A DNA stretch of 64,000 bases from Octopus sinensis (GCF_006345805.1 NC_043011.1:41304464-41368463), one strand, 5' to 3'. Counted from the stretch's first letter, positions 25,845-38,753 are shown. The notes: generated by a model from the letters alone, not told the origin. Numbers and translations: made by a program.

Positions 25845-26057
25845 ATGAGCCTATGTGAGTTCTATATGTAATGTCAGTGCGTATGTGTTCATATCTAGAA
25901 GTACATCTGTATGTATATGTTGATGTATGTCTTTGTGTCCATCTTTGTGTTTATCTGTATGGATGTGCGTGCGTGTATATATGTGTGTGTGAATGTACAT
26001 GTATGTATATGTGAATATATGTCTATGTATGAATATGGTGTATGACGTATGCATAGT

Positions 26058-26157
26058 NNNNNNNNNNNNNNNNNNNNNNNNNNNNNNNNNNNNNNNNNNN
26101 NNNNNNNNNNNNNNNNNNNNNNNNNNNNNNNNNNNNNNNNNNNNNNNNNNNNNNNNN
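26058..26157. other. Assembly gap (100 N)
   Basis: Run of N. Confidence 1.
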
Positions 26158-26309
26158 TGTATGTATGTATGTATGTATGTATGTATGTATGTATGTAGGT
26201 ATGTCTTTATATATGCATGTGTGTATCTATGTATGTATATATGTATGTAAGTGCGTGTGGGTATGTAACTGTGTATATATATATATATATTTAAGCTTAA
26301 GTGTGTACT

Positions 26310-26690
26310 TATAGTGTTGGTGCTAAAGTTTGCGACTGTTTTGTCTGTCTCCTTTTCTCGGGAACAGTTTGATGTACTGGTAAGCAGTCAACGGCATTGG
26401 AGAGCATTAGTATTAAAGTTATAGCTGAGAAAAAGTTAGCTGACATGGAGGACTGGAAACCACCTGAATATAGCAAAAGACTTACTTGCTTCATGATGAT
26501 TCATTCCAGATATCAAAATGCCGGCATCAAGAGTGCTGCTCAATACTCTGTGAACACTGCAAAGATTGTAAGACGTGACATGGACATCGTGTAAACCAAG
26601 CTTCCCCAAAGCTGTGATGGTCTTTGAGTGTGCCTCCAGTGAGGATGATGCCATGCTGCCCCACCTTTTTGAACAGGGCCTTAGGCGTGT
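26310..26690 (+). mobile_element. Tc1/mariner-superfamily (maT/DD37D-like) 5' fragment with internal deletion
   Basis: MEDWKPPEYSKR.. and KPSFPKAVMVFECASSEDDAMLPHLFEQGLR (compare KFPATVMVFGCVSSEGDVMPPHIF). Terminus tagtgttggtgctaaagtttgcgac resembles that at 30936. Confidence 0.7.
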
Positions 26691-26909
26691 GTATTGTGTA
26701 TGTGTATGTGTGTTTGCTGTTATATATATGTACGAGCAAAACGCCCCCCCGTCCAATGGACGATGCTGAGTTGTCAAACATTTAAACCAAATTTTCTCAA
26801 AACAACTTGTCCGACCGGTGGAAGCCATCTGAATAGACGAAAAGAGGTGCCTGTATCGTGATTATTCAGGTCAGGTGTTAAAATGCCAACATCATGCCTT
26901 CTGCTCAAT

Positions 26910-27229
26910 GCGGACCAGACGACCTACGAGAGCAGACCAGACGACCTACGAGAGCAGACCAGACGACCTACGAGAGCGGACCAGACGACCTACGAGTGCG
27001 GACCAGACGACCAACGAGAGCTGACCAGACGACCAACGAGAGCGGACCAGACGACCTACGAGAGCGGACCAGACGACCAACGAGGGCGGACCAGACGACC
27101 TACGAGGGCGGACCAGACGACCAACGTGAGCTGACCAGACGACCAACGAGAGCGGACCAGACGACCAGCGAGAGTGGACCAGACGACCAACGAGAGCAGA
27201 CCAGACGACATACGAGAGCAGACCAGACG
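26910..27229. repeat. 22-bp minisatellite (gcggaccagacgacctacgaga) x ~14.5
   Basis: Tandem units read directly. Confidence 0.95.
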
Positions 27230-27242
27230 ATCTTCAAGAGCA

Positions 27243-27390
27243 GATTGTCCCTCGCACCCTGGCCACAGTAAACCCTACGTCGATCAGATCGCCGTTGGGA
27301 TGACTGTCCCTCGCTCACTGGCCACAGTCAAACCTATGACGATCTGGTCACCATTGGGGTGACTGTCCACGACTCCGGCTCCACAGGCAA
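27243..27390. repeat. 59-bp tandem repeat x ~2.5
   Basis: ga(t/c)tgtcc restarts at 27243, 27302 and 27361. Confidence 0.8.
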
Positions 27391-27413
27391 CGCAATGGCG
27401 ACCAGATCTCAGA

Positions 27414-27597
27414 TCGGGCAATCTACTAGAGCATATCGGGCAATCTATGAGAACATATCAGGCAATCTACGAGAGCGTATATCGGTCAATCTACGAGACC
27501 GGATAACAGGCAATCTACGAGAGCTTATAACGGGCAATCTACGAGAGCGTATAATGGGCGATCTACGAGAGCATATCGGGCAATCTACGGGCAATCT
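27414..27597. repeat. 24-bp minisatellite (ggcaatctacgagagcgtataacg) x ~7
   Basis: Tandem units; produce the GNLRERIT repeat in ORF 27359-27679. Confidence 0.9.
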
Positions 27598-27982
27598 AAT
27601 AGGAGAGAATGTTATCGTTTTGAATTTTGGTAAAAATATAGAGGAAAAGCAAGAAACTTGGGCAAAAAGCATGAGCTGAAACTATGTTTAAAATCTTAGA
27701 CAGGAGATGGGAAGAAGAAGTAAAAGAAAAAGATAAACACCAACTGATCAAGAGAACAGTCAAGTGAAAGAGAATGGAGCAGGATGGTCACGTGGTACAT
27801 TTGTGGGAAGGTGAAGAAAGAAAGGATAACAGCGGGTAGAACAGAGAGAAGAAAGAGAAGGATGAAAGCAAATTGCAGATAGAAAGTTAGATATGTAAGG
27901 GTGTGTGTGTATATAGGAAGCACACAGCCATGCCTACGCCTACATATATACACAAACAGTATATATATATATGTGTGTGTGT

Positions 27983-28021
<39 letters not shown>

Positions 28022-28025
<4 letters not shown>

Positions 28026-28330
28026 AGGCGCAATGGCCTAGTGGTTAGGGCAGCGGACTCGCGGTCGTAGGATCGCGGTTTCGATTCCCAGACCGGGCGT
28101 TGTGAGTGTTTATTGAGCGAAAACACCTAAAAAGCTCCACAAGGCTCCGGCAGGGGGTGGTGATCTCTGCTGTACTCTTTCACCACTCTTTCTCCCACTC
28201 TTTCTTCTGTTGGCCTGCTCGCTTAGCTAGCGGGGTGGCGTCATTCGAAGGCTAAAACAATGCGAACGCATTGTGACCAGCGATGTGTAACTACATCTGA
28301 TGGACTGGTCGGTTACGTGATCACGTGATA
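28022..28330 (+). mobile_element. tRNA(Arg)-derived OR-type SINE, tail variant A
   Basis: Head ggaggcgcaatggcctagtggttagggcagcggactcgcggtc..gtttcgattccc. Confidence 0.88.
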
Positions 28331-29145
28331 TATATATATATATATATATGTATATGTATGTATAATAATAATAGTGATAGAAACATTATTAATACCAAAA
28401 GGCACACCTCATCTCCAACTTAAACACCGATTACTACATTATTTACCTTGAGAGGACGTCTCATACGGACGCATGGTGCACAAAAGCACTCATTTCTGTA
28501 TCGTTGACAGACAATAATCGTCTGCCTATACTAGTGCTTTTCTCCACCATGCGTCCGTTTGAGAGGTCCTCTCTAGGTAAATAACGCAGTATTCGATGTT
28601 CTAACAAAATATCCTCGGTAAGATGGACACACACACATACACACACACATACACACATGCACACACACATGCACACACGCATGCATGCATGTATACATAC
28701 TTGTGTGCGCGCGTGTGTGTGTATGTATAAAAGTATCACAGAAAGCGTAAACGGTATTTATGATTTCTATAACCTACACGTGTTTCGTAAAACCGAGAAG
28801 GCATCAATCAATTACACAAGCTTAAATGCCCAGTCACATGACCAATGCAGTCAGCGCACTTCATCAGTATTATTGGCAAAAATACAACACAAGGAAAAAA
28901 ACGGGCCGTTTATATACACCCACCCGCGAGCAAATGGGAAGAGTTTATTTATCAAAGGGGAAGAGAATACGAGAAGGTGAGGGGGTAAGGGAACATGAGA
29001 GTGGGGTTTGATGGTTGATGGGAGAAAGGAAAGCCTTTAGGGTCACGTCTCATCACCGTGTTAACCTGGAGACAAGTGGGTGCAAACTGAACTCCTTTTT
29101 AACTGCCATGCCTGCTGTCTGTGTGTATGTGCACGTGTGTGTATA

Positions 29146-29211
<66 letters not shown>

Positions 29212-29270
29212 ATTGTATGAAAATAGATATGTATGTAATAATCAGTAAGTCTACATCGGCATATATAAAT

Positions 29271-29302
<32 letters not shown>

Positions 29303-29456
29303 CCATACACATACATAAACTCAGGCACAGACACACAGACACACAGACATACACATGAAATGAAACGAAAGAATGCAGTAGACCGGATCACGCACAAAAA
29401 CGCCTGAAAACATTTACATACATACATACATACATACATACCATACATACACATAC

Positions 29457-29518
<62 letters not shown>

Positions 29519-29577
29519 TATATATATATGTATGTATGTATGTATGTATATATATATATATATATATATTTATATGT

Positions 29578-29613
<36 letters not shown>

Positions 29614-30370
29614 ATATAAATGCGTATACATAATATAATACACATAATAGTATAATATATATCAACGTGTACATAATATAATACATGTGTGTATATATTT
29701 GTATATATGTATGTATGTATTATAGGCACCCCACCCACATGTAAGTAATGTGAGGCGATAATTTTGTATTTGGCGAATATTTTTCCGGAAAGTGTTAGAT
29801 TGATTAAAAGTATGCAGACTACAATGGGAGGAAAAGAACGGAGGAAATAATTTTGGCCTTTTTTTTGTGTGTTTTTAAATTGTGGATTGCACACATACAC
29901 ACACACACACATGCACATGCACACACATGCACATACACTCAAACACACACACACAAACACACACACACACACGTACATACAAATATGTAAGCATAAATAT
30001 ATTCATATAATTTTTTTTAATAAATTAATATATCAATATATTTTTGTTTTTAAATTGTGGGTTGCACATACATACACATACATGCATGCATGCATACATA
30101 CATACATACATACATCATACATACATACATATATACTATATACATACATACATACATACATATATACATATATACATACATACATACATACATACATACA
30201 TACATACATACATACATACTACATACATATATACATACATACATACATACACCATACATACATACATTACATACATACATACATACACTCATACATACAT
30301 CATATACATACATACATAACATACCACATACATACATACACACATACATACACACACATACATACATACA

Positions 30371-30401
<31 letters not shown>

Positions 30402-30473
30402 CATACATACATACATACATACATACATACATAACATACATACATACATACACACTACACACATACACACATA

Positions 30474-30506
<33 letters not shown>

Positions 30507-30761
30507 CATACATCCATCCATACATACATACATACATACATACGTCATACATACATACATACATACATACATACATACACACACACATACATATATAGAA
30601 TTTAATATATTAATTCCAAAACATCTAAATACAGAAACACACACATTGACAAACTGCTTAATTTAAAAACATTTGTTTATCTAACACACACACACACACA
30701 CACACACAGTTATATTGACAGAAATATATTAATTTAAGAACATATTCATACATACATATAT

Positions 30762-30799
<38 letters not shown>

Positions 30800-30886
30800 G
30801 CTCACACATATATAGGCACACATACATACATATATATACACACACACATACACACATAAATATATTTAAAAACTTATATACATCTC

Positions 30887-30920
<34 letters not shown>

Positions 30921-30935
30921 ACACACACACACATA

Positions 30936-31400
30936 CAGTGTGTTCGGGCTAAATTTGACAGTTTGCACGAAAAGAAAAGAAAACACAACATTCCATCCAA
31001 AAATAAAATTATTTAAAAAATCAAAAATATCTAACTAGATTTTGGCCGGGAGATTAATTTACTCAAAGCAGCCCCCTTCAACTTCCCGCTATGACCTCAA
31101 AACGGATCGGGATTCTGGTGCAAGAGTTTCCTTACTGTCCCTGGGAAGATCTTCGAACGCCCTGATATTGGTCACCAGCTCCGCCTTGGTGTTTCTGGCA
31201 GAACGGTTGTTGACTTTCTCAACGGCGCCCCACACATAGAATAGCGCCCCACACGTGGGAATAGAATCAGGGGAGTTAGGAGGTTAGAATTTGAGGTTGG
31301 TGAAGTCGTAGAAATTTTCCAACAACCACTTTTGGAAGCATGGCAAGGAATCGAATCTTGTTGTCACAGATATGGCTTTCCAGCAGCAATCCTCTACAGA
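30936..31400 (-). mobile_element. maT/DD37D-like transposon 3' fragment with TIR
   Basis: Minus-strand QKWLLENFYDFTNLKF*PPNSPD..YVWGAVEKVNNRSARNTKAELVT; terminus ta|cagtgtgttcgggctaaatttg. Confidence 0.8.
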
Positions 31401-31712
31401 GTGGAGGCACATGGCCTAGTTGTTAAAGCGGCGGACTTACGGTCGAGGGATCGCGGGTTCGAATCTCAGACCGGGCGATGTGTATGTTTATGTGCGAAAC
31501 ACCTAAGCCCCACGCGGCTCCGGCAGAAGGCAATGGCGAACTTCTGCTGACTCTTTCGCCACAACTTTCTCTCGTTCTTTCCTCCTGCATCTTGCAGCTC
31601 ACCTGCGACGGACTGGCGTCCCGTCCAGGTGGGGAACCTATACGCCAAGGAAACTGAGAAACCGGCCCTTATGAGCCAGGCATAGCTCGAGAAGGAACAA
31701 ACAACAAAAAAA
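31401..31712 (+). mobile_element. OR-type SINE, tail variant B, with target-site duplication
   Basis: tRNA-like head, A-rich tail, flanking duplication aatcctctacag / aatcctctccag. Confidence 0.85.
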
Positions 31713-31927
31713 TCCTCTCCAGCTAGAGATTGACTGCAATTTTTAGTAGCTTCACAATCGTCTAATGTCAGTTTCCACTGACGATTCATTTGCCCTTCTT
31801 GCTGATGATCTTGCAGCTTTCGCAGTTTTTCGTCCAACTGAAGAATTTTTCCTTTGGGGCATGATCTAAAATAAGCATGATGAAATGCAGTGAGATACAC
31901 TGTTAAGTATTAAATATTAATTGAAGG

Positions 31928-32312
31928 GTGGAGGCGCAATGGCCCAGTGGTTAGGGCAGCGGACTCGTGGTCATAGGATCGCGGTTTCGATTCCCAGACT
32001 GGGCGTTGTGAGTGTTTATTGAGCGAAAACACCTAAAGCTCCACGAGGCTCCGGCAGGGGATGGTGGTGACCCCTGCTGTACTCTTTCACCACAACTTTC
32101 TCTCACTCTTACTTCCTGTTTCTGTTGTACCTGTATTTCAAAGGGCCGGCCTTGTCACTCTCTGTGTCACGCTGAATATCCCCGAGAACTACGTTAAGGG
32201 TACACGTGTCTGTGGAGTGCTCGGCCACTTACACGTTAATTTCACGAGCAGGCTGTTCCGTTGATTCGGATCAACCGGAACCCTCGTCGTCGTAACCGAC
32301 GGAGTGCTTCCC
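31928..32312 (+). mobile_element. OR-type SINE, tail variant C, full length with target-site duplication
   Basis: tRNA-like head; attaattgaagggt flanks both sides. Confidence 0.9.
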
Positions 32313-33129
32313 ATTAATTGAAGGGTTAGTATGTCAGTGTAGATAAGTTGCAAACTTGCAGCTGCTGCGCTAATAATGAACTGGTAGTATGGAGGTAAAT
32401 GTGTAAAATAAGATGATGTTAGTGTTATGACATTAAAATGAAAATGGAAGCAGTTGTGAAAGGCGAGGCGAGGGAAATGGTAAGAGCAACGAAGAATGTG
32501 GTTATGAATTGCGTTGGAAATGTTGTGGTTTGTGTGGAAATGAATTTTGGGTGTTGTTTGTCAATGTGTAAAAATTAACACTTCCTTCTCCAAGCCTAGA
32601 TTCGAAACCGAATCTAAGAATTCTCGGTCGTCCAAACCACCACGATCAACAGGCGCGAAAAAAAAGGTTTTCTTTGTCCTGTCAAAAATTGATTGATCAT
32701 CTCCCTTTGGCCTACGACCTCAGCCATGTCAGGCGAAGTTCGAATGGACAGCAGCTGACCTATTTAGGTACAGACCCTGTTGCAGTATGTCTGTCCTTCT
32801 ATCAGCCCACAATTATTATAAATACGATGGCCAACAGACACAGAGGAGGAGAAAGGCCTAGCAGACAAACGAGAACGGTCTCGTAGAGACCCGAGAGAAA
32901 TGTTCGAAGTTCCACGGTAGACTACTGATCTCAGATGAACTACACACACACACACAGAGGCAGGCAGACGATTATTGTCTGTCAACGATATAGAAATGAG
33001 TGCTTTTGTGCGCCATGCGTCCGTATGAGACGTCCTCTCAAGGTAAATAATGTAGTATTCGGTGTTTAAGTTGGAGATGAGGTGCACCTTTTGGTTTAAA
33101 TGTTTCTGTCACTATTATTATACATATAC

Positions 33130-33162
<33 letters not shown>

Positions 33163-33223
33163 ATAATATATATATATCTACTGTTTGTGTATATATGTAG
33201 GCGTAGGCATGATGTGTGCTTCC

Positions 33224-33302
<79 letters not shown>

Positions 33303-33306
<4 letters not shown>

Positions 33307-33560
33307 CCTTCGAAACGTAGAGTAGATGAAAGCTTTAGCGACTGAAGAAGGGTTTTTTCCTTGTGTTAATTGTCCTGTTTTCTATTTTTTTGCTGTTTTT
33401 AATAAATGTCCAGTTCCTTTGGTTTGTGTCTATGTTTTCGTTTCTCTTTGTGTTCGACGTCCTTTTTGGTGTCCTGTACTCATATATGCGTGTATATGTA
33501 CATGTAGAGGTAGGTACGTACATATATGTTTATATATATGCATATGTTTTATTTTATTTA
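33303..33560 (+). mobile_element. Penelope-like pLTR fragment with partial hammerhead motifs
   Basis: cttcGAAACGTA and CTGAAGAaggg followed by a T-rich tail; sits in (TA)n inside the right arm of the long inverted repeat. Confidence 0.5.
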
Positions 33561-34099
33561 TTAATATATATATATTATATACATACACATACACACACAC
33601 ACACACACACCCTTACATATCTAACTTTCTATCTGCAATTTGCTTTCATCCTTCTCTTTCTTCTCTCTGTTCTACCCACTGTTATCCTTTCTTTCTTCAC
33701 TTTCCCACAAATGTACCACGTGAGCATCCTGCTCCATTCTCTTTCACTTGACTGTTCTCTTGATCAGTTGGTGTTTATCTTTTTCTTTTACTTCTTCTTC
33801 CCATCTCCTGTCTAAGATTTTAAACATAGTTTCAGCTCATGCTTTTGCCTACGTTTCTTGCTTTTCCTCCATATTTTTACCAAAATTCAAAAAGATAACA
33901 TTCTCTCCTATTAGCGTAACTTCCGCACATGACTTATCCTAATTCTCTCGTATAACCAAAAAAGCCTTCTATGTATAAAAATACTTGTGTCGTTTATTAT
34001 ATATTTATTCTTTCGTTAATGTCTTTGCTTTCTCGTTTTATATATTTTCCCGTTCTCCTCAGAACTCGCCATTTTTACCGTTTTGTCAATAGACCCTGT

Positions 34100-34137
<38 letters not shown>

Positions 34138-34599
34138 GTGTGTGTGTGTTGTGTGTGTGTGTGTGTGTGCTTTACTTCTCTTATTTTATCCTTCAGTTCA
34201 CTTTTTGCTTTTGACGTCACCAAATTGAACAACAGTATGGATAAAGCGTCGAAATTGTGATGATTTTTGGTCGACAACTGATAAAGGGTGAGCGTACCCA
34301 TGTCCTTTTTGTGTTCTGTCTTGTATTCCGTATGTTCTTTGGTCATTCTCCTGTGCCACATTTTACTATATACACATACATACATACACACATACACACA
34401 CACATACATACATACGCACACACATACATACATTCATACATACATACGTACATACATACATACATACATGCATGCATACATACATACATGCATGCATACA
34501 TACATACATACATACATACATACATACATACATACATACATACATGCATACATACATACATACATACATACATACATACATACATACATACATACATAC

Positions 34600-34870
34600 A
34601 ATAAGAATTGGAGTACTAAGTTTTGTAAGTAAATGCTTAAAGGAGAATCTGGATAAACTGGGATTTTCAGAAAGCGAAATCGACCGGCTGAATCGTACAT
34701 TACAAGGGCAGTCTGTAAGTGGAACAGTTAATATATGCATGACTTTTCTCAAGTTCCAAATGTGAATTTGTCTGTGTTAACTACATCCCAAAAATGGAGC
34801 CTTGTATATTTGTTGGAAACCGGCTCCCTCCTCAGTGGAAGATTTATAATAATTAGAAAATAAGACATAC
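34600..34870 (+). mobile_element. RLE-type (R2 superfamily) LINE C-terminus and 3' UTR
   Basis: IGVLSFVSKCLKENLDKLGFSESEIDRLNRTLQGQSVSGTVNICMTFLKFQM* resembles the end of a restriction-like endonuclease domain. Confidence 0.6.
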
Positions 34871-35499
34871 AGACGGAATCTGATGTATTCAATCGATCCA
34901 GTTTTTGATTGGTGTTTCATTTTTTTTTTTAACCTTGGAAGGATAAAAAGTAAATTTGGTTTGCACAAGATGGCTGGTTGTCCGAACTTTCAAAGATAAG
35001 AACTGGTCAAATTCAAAACGGGTGGTGGATTAGTCAAATACTGAAGATGTTCATAATGTATTCAAATTCTTATGGAATTAAGTGGATTGCTCGATTTTTT
35101 AAGGAAGTGATGGAGTGGTTGAATTTAAGTGGTGTGGATTGGTTCTATTTTTAAGGGATGGTGAATACAATTAAGTCATTGTAGAGCATAAAAAATAAAT
35201 GATTATGTCTTACCTGACTATTTTCCTCCTCAGCGTAGGATTCTTCAATTATAAATAATTGCGTCTCAATTATTAATTCCGAAACGTGCGTCCGTAGGTA
35301 ACTTAATATAGAATGATTTTCGTCATTTCTTTCTCTTTTACCTGCGTCGTTTGTTTTTTAAGTGCTTTGGTTTTACTGGGATCTCCCTTTTAAGTAGAAA
35401 GAATAGCCAAAACTTTTTGACTGCTATTTCTAAATTCGGTGTGTGGTGAGGCAAATCGTTGCTGAACCCTTAATTACTTAGTATATATATATATACATA

Positions 35500-35767
35500 T
35501 ATATATGTGTGTTTGTATGTATGTATGTATGTATGTATGTATGTATTTGTGTGTGTTTGTGTTTATCCCCCTGCTATCGTTTGACAACCGATGCTGGTGT
35601 GTTTATGTTCCCGTAACTTAGCAGTTCGGCAAAAGAGGCGGATAGAATAAGTATTAGGCTTACAAAGAATAAATCCTGGGTTCGATTTGTTCGACTGAAA
35701 CCCTTTAAGGCGGTGCTCCAGCACGGCGGCAGTCAAGTGACTGAAACAAGTAAAAGAACGAAAGAAT
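35500..35767 (+). mobile_element. CORE-like SINE, 3' half
   Basis: Matches 23800-24000. Confidence 0.8.
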
Positions 35768-35984
35768 ATTTTTTAAAATTGTTTTAAACTAATCCTGGAT
35801 TATCTCATAGCTTTGAGATTTTGGTGATGTAATTGTCTTAGTTTTACAATGACATTGTCGGGTTAGTGTGGGATGCCGGACCTGGTCAGCTAGAAATATG
35901 CCAAAATGTTAAATAGGGTCAATATAATAAGTGTCAATTAGGTTCTAATATTGATTTAATCGATTTCGACCAATATTTGAAAGT

Positions 35985-36302
35985 AATTTGCTTGTTTGTC
36001 CGTGGACAAGTTATCTCAAGAACTGCTGGATGGATTCGGATTCAGGGATGTTTGACCTTGTAACTGGCACGAACTGATTAGATTTTAGGATCGATCCATT
36101 ACCGGACAAGGATTCTGGATTATTTTTCCGGTTTTTGTACTTAGCTTTTGAGAACGGTCAGGTTCATTTTTGGTATTCTCGTTTCTGAACGCAGTCGAGT
36201 TTATTTCCGATATTCTCATTTTAAAAAATCATCTCTGGCTAATCGTTGAGAGGACGTTGGTGTTGCCTTGGCGGAAGTTTGCGCTCTCTGAGTGCTCTTG
36301 TT
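35985..36302 (+). mobile_element. Helentron-associated non-autonomous element (HINE-like) fragment
   Basis: Ends ccttggcggaagtttgcgctctctgagtgctcttgt (sub-TIR plus short terminal hairpin); gtttgtcc..atctcaagaactgctggatggatt near the start. Confidence 0.55.
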
Positions 36303-36304
36303 TA

Positions 36305-36354
<50 letters not shown>

Positions 36355-36363
36355 TATTATTAT

Positions 36364-36606
36364 TGAGTGAGAGAGCAGTGCATGCCATCAAAGTGACACT
36401 GGGGTAAAATATACGAAGCCCAATATGCCCATCATGACTACCCGTCTGATAAAGGTACACCAGGCACATGCATCACAACCATATGTGCGCGACATGGTGA
36501 TCTCATATCAAGATAAACAGCACATGACCTTGCAGGTGGGACCCAGTTAGAATTTTCTTCAGGTTGAGTAGCCCATCCCGCTCAAAAGGTCCCTGAATAA
36601 GGGTTG

Positions 36607-36607
<1 letters not shown>
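36364..36607 (-). mobile_element. ~550-bp (TAA)n-associated retroposon, copy 1 (5'-truncated)
   Basis: Near-identical to 38307-38550; (ATT)n on both sides. Confidence 0.85.
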
Positions 36608-36669
<62 letters not shown>

Positions 36670-36965
36670 TATTATTATTCCGAGACGGCAGAATCGATAG
36701 AGTGTAGGACAAAATACTTAGCAGCTTCTCTTCCGGTTTTTACTTTCCGAGTTCAAATCCCACCGAGTTCACCTGTGCTTCTCACCCTTCCGAGCGTCTA
36801 TAAAACAAAGTACCAGTCAAAGCAATCGACTAACTCCCTCTCCAAATATAATTGCTCGTCTTGTGCCACAAGTTGTAACCACTGTTGTTATTATTATTAT
36901 TATCATTATTATCATCATCATCATTATTATTATTATTATTATTATCATTATTATTATTATATTAT

Positions 36966-37521
36966 TGAGTGAGAGAACAGTACATGCCATAAAAGTGATA
37001 CTGGGGTAGAATATACGAAACCCAGTATACCCATCATGACTACCCATCTGGTAAGGGTACACCAGGCACATGCATCTCAACCATATGTGCACGACGTGGT
37101 GATCTCATATCAAGATTAAACAGCGCTTGACCTTGCAGGTGGGGCCCAGGTAGAATTTTCTTCAGGTCGAGTAGCCCATCCCGCTCAAAAGGTCCTTGAA
37201 TAAGGGTTGTTTAAGGATGTTGAACGAACACCCGTGTTTCCAGAAGTGACTTACCCACACCCCAAAGAATTCCTCTCAACACACAACTATGATGCTCCCC
37301 CGCTACTTCTGCTCGTGATCAGAGAATCACATGTCGTCAGCCGCCAAGAAACATATTCATCTAGTTAAGGTCAAACAAATGAGAAGCAAATCTGTGGTAT
37401 TGAGCAGAAAATTTACTGTAGCCCATCTTTTATACCAAGACAAAACAATGTACATGATAACACATCCAATCAGTTAAGATCAGTAGCCATGAGAGCCACT
37501 GTCTGGTAGTGCATCAGGGCA
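36966..37521 (-). mobile_element. ~550-bp (TAA)n-associated retroposon, copy 2 (full length)
   Basis: tgagtgagaga...gcatcagggca; (ATT)n on both sides. Confidence 0.85.
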
Positions 37522-37533
37522 TTTATTATTATC

Positions 37534-37583
<50 letters not shown>

Positions 37584-37597
37584 GATGATGATGATGA

Positions 37598-37785
37598 TCA
37601 ATTGTTTCTGTGAATTTTCCACAAATACTGCACGAGGGGTCAAATCCATCTTTAAGGATGTTTGCACGGTAGTTTTTGGTAGCTAAGCTCTGTCTTGCGC
37701 TACAATAACAAAACATTCTGTTTCCCCTTTCAGACCTGTCTCTTATAGCCATTGGTTAGTTAGATTTTGATCAATATCTGGCTTA
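37598..37785 (-). mobile_element. R4/Dong-like LINE fragment (zinc-knuckle region)
   Basis: NQWL..LKGETECFVIVAQD.SLATKNYRANILKDGFDPSCSICGKFTETIDH. Confidence 0.8.
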
Positions 37786-37788
37786 TTA

Positions 37789-37852
<64 letters not shown>

Positions 37853-37875
37853 CATTATCACTATTTTTATTTTTA

Positions 37876-37911
<36 letters not shown>

Positions 37912-37912
<1 letters not shown>

Positions 37913-38273
37913 CTCTATATATATATAAACGGCAAAATGTCTGTCTGTCTGAGTGTGTATCCTTTATACAAATCCACAATTTTTCAGTTAGAGGGTTCGC
38001 ACTTTCTATGGTTATTCAAAACCGTCCAAGAGTGGTCGTGCACATCTTTACATTTCCCCAGTTACCCCGCAAAGCCATTAAAAAATCAATAGAAGTGACT
38101 TTTTTGTGAATTTTCTATCCAAAACCCAATCAAAATGCCCGAAACTTGATACGCCAATTGAATGCCAGCTAGCTGTATGTGATTGGTCGGAGATTTGGAC
38201 AGTACTCGTGTGTATGTGCGCACGCACACAGCTGTATATGCATGCACTAGAACTATGCCGGGTCATAGTGCTA

Positions 38274-38274
<1 letters not shown>
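37912..38274 (+). mobile_element. Non-autonomous Helitron
   Basis: A|TC start (tctctatatatataaa..gtctgtctgtc) and 3' gccgggtcatagtgCTAG|T; no TSD. Confidence 0.8.
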
Positions 38275-38306
<32 letters not shown>

Positions 38307-38749
38307 GAGTGAGAGAGCAGTTCATGCCATCAAAGTGACACTGGGGTAAAATATACGAAGCCCAATATACCCATCATGACTACCCGTTTGATAAGGGTAC
38401 ACCAGGCACATGCATCACAACCATATGTGCGCGACATGGTGATCTCATATCAAGATAAACAGCACATGACCTTGCAGGTGGGGCCCAGTTAGAATTTTCT
38501 TCAGGTCGAGTAACCCATCCCGCTCAAAAGGTCCCTGAATAAGGGTTGTTTAAGGATGTTGAAAGAACCACCCATGGTTCCAGAGGTGAATTATTCAAAC
38601 CCCAAAGAATCCCTCTCAACACATGGCTATGATGCTCCTCCACTACTTCTGCTCGTGATCAGAGATGCACATATCGTCAGCCACTAGGGGACATGCTCAA
38701 CTGGTTATGGTCAAACAACTGACAAGCAAATCTGTGGTATTGAGCAGAA

Positions 38750-38753
<4 letters not shown>
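38307..38753 (-). mobile_element. ~550-bp (TAA)n-associated retroposon, copy 3 (5'-truncated)
   Basis: Same left end as copies 1 and 2; (ATT)n on both sides. Confidence 0.85.

Larger units (their letters stand above)
27596..33914. repeat. Long interrupted inverted repeat (left arm 27596-28530, right arm 32960-33914)
   Basis: 27596-27910 mirrors 33600-33914; 27910-27965 mirrors 33175-33230; 28360-28530 mirrors 32960-33130. Confidence 0.9.

Noticed and set aside
26910-27597. CRISPR-like array
   Set aside because: Units are contiguous with no unique spacers, there are no cas genes, and the context is eukaryotic. It is a minisatellite.
26883-27679. Repeat-protein ORFs (RADQTT.., GNLRERIT..)
   Set aside because: The 22-bp period is not a multiple of three and the frames are open only because of the repeat; no splice or domain support.
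28022-28100. tRNA-Arg gene (also 31401, 31928, 23581, 62765)
   Set aside because: tRNA-like heads run directly into SINE bodies and lack a proper acceptor stem.
29000-30940. Many YI/HT/CV/MY-rich ORFs here and throughout the window
   Set aside because: Translations of (TA)n, (CA)n and (TACA)n microsatellites.
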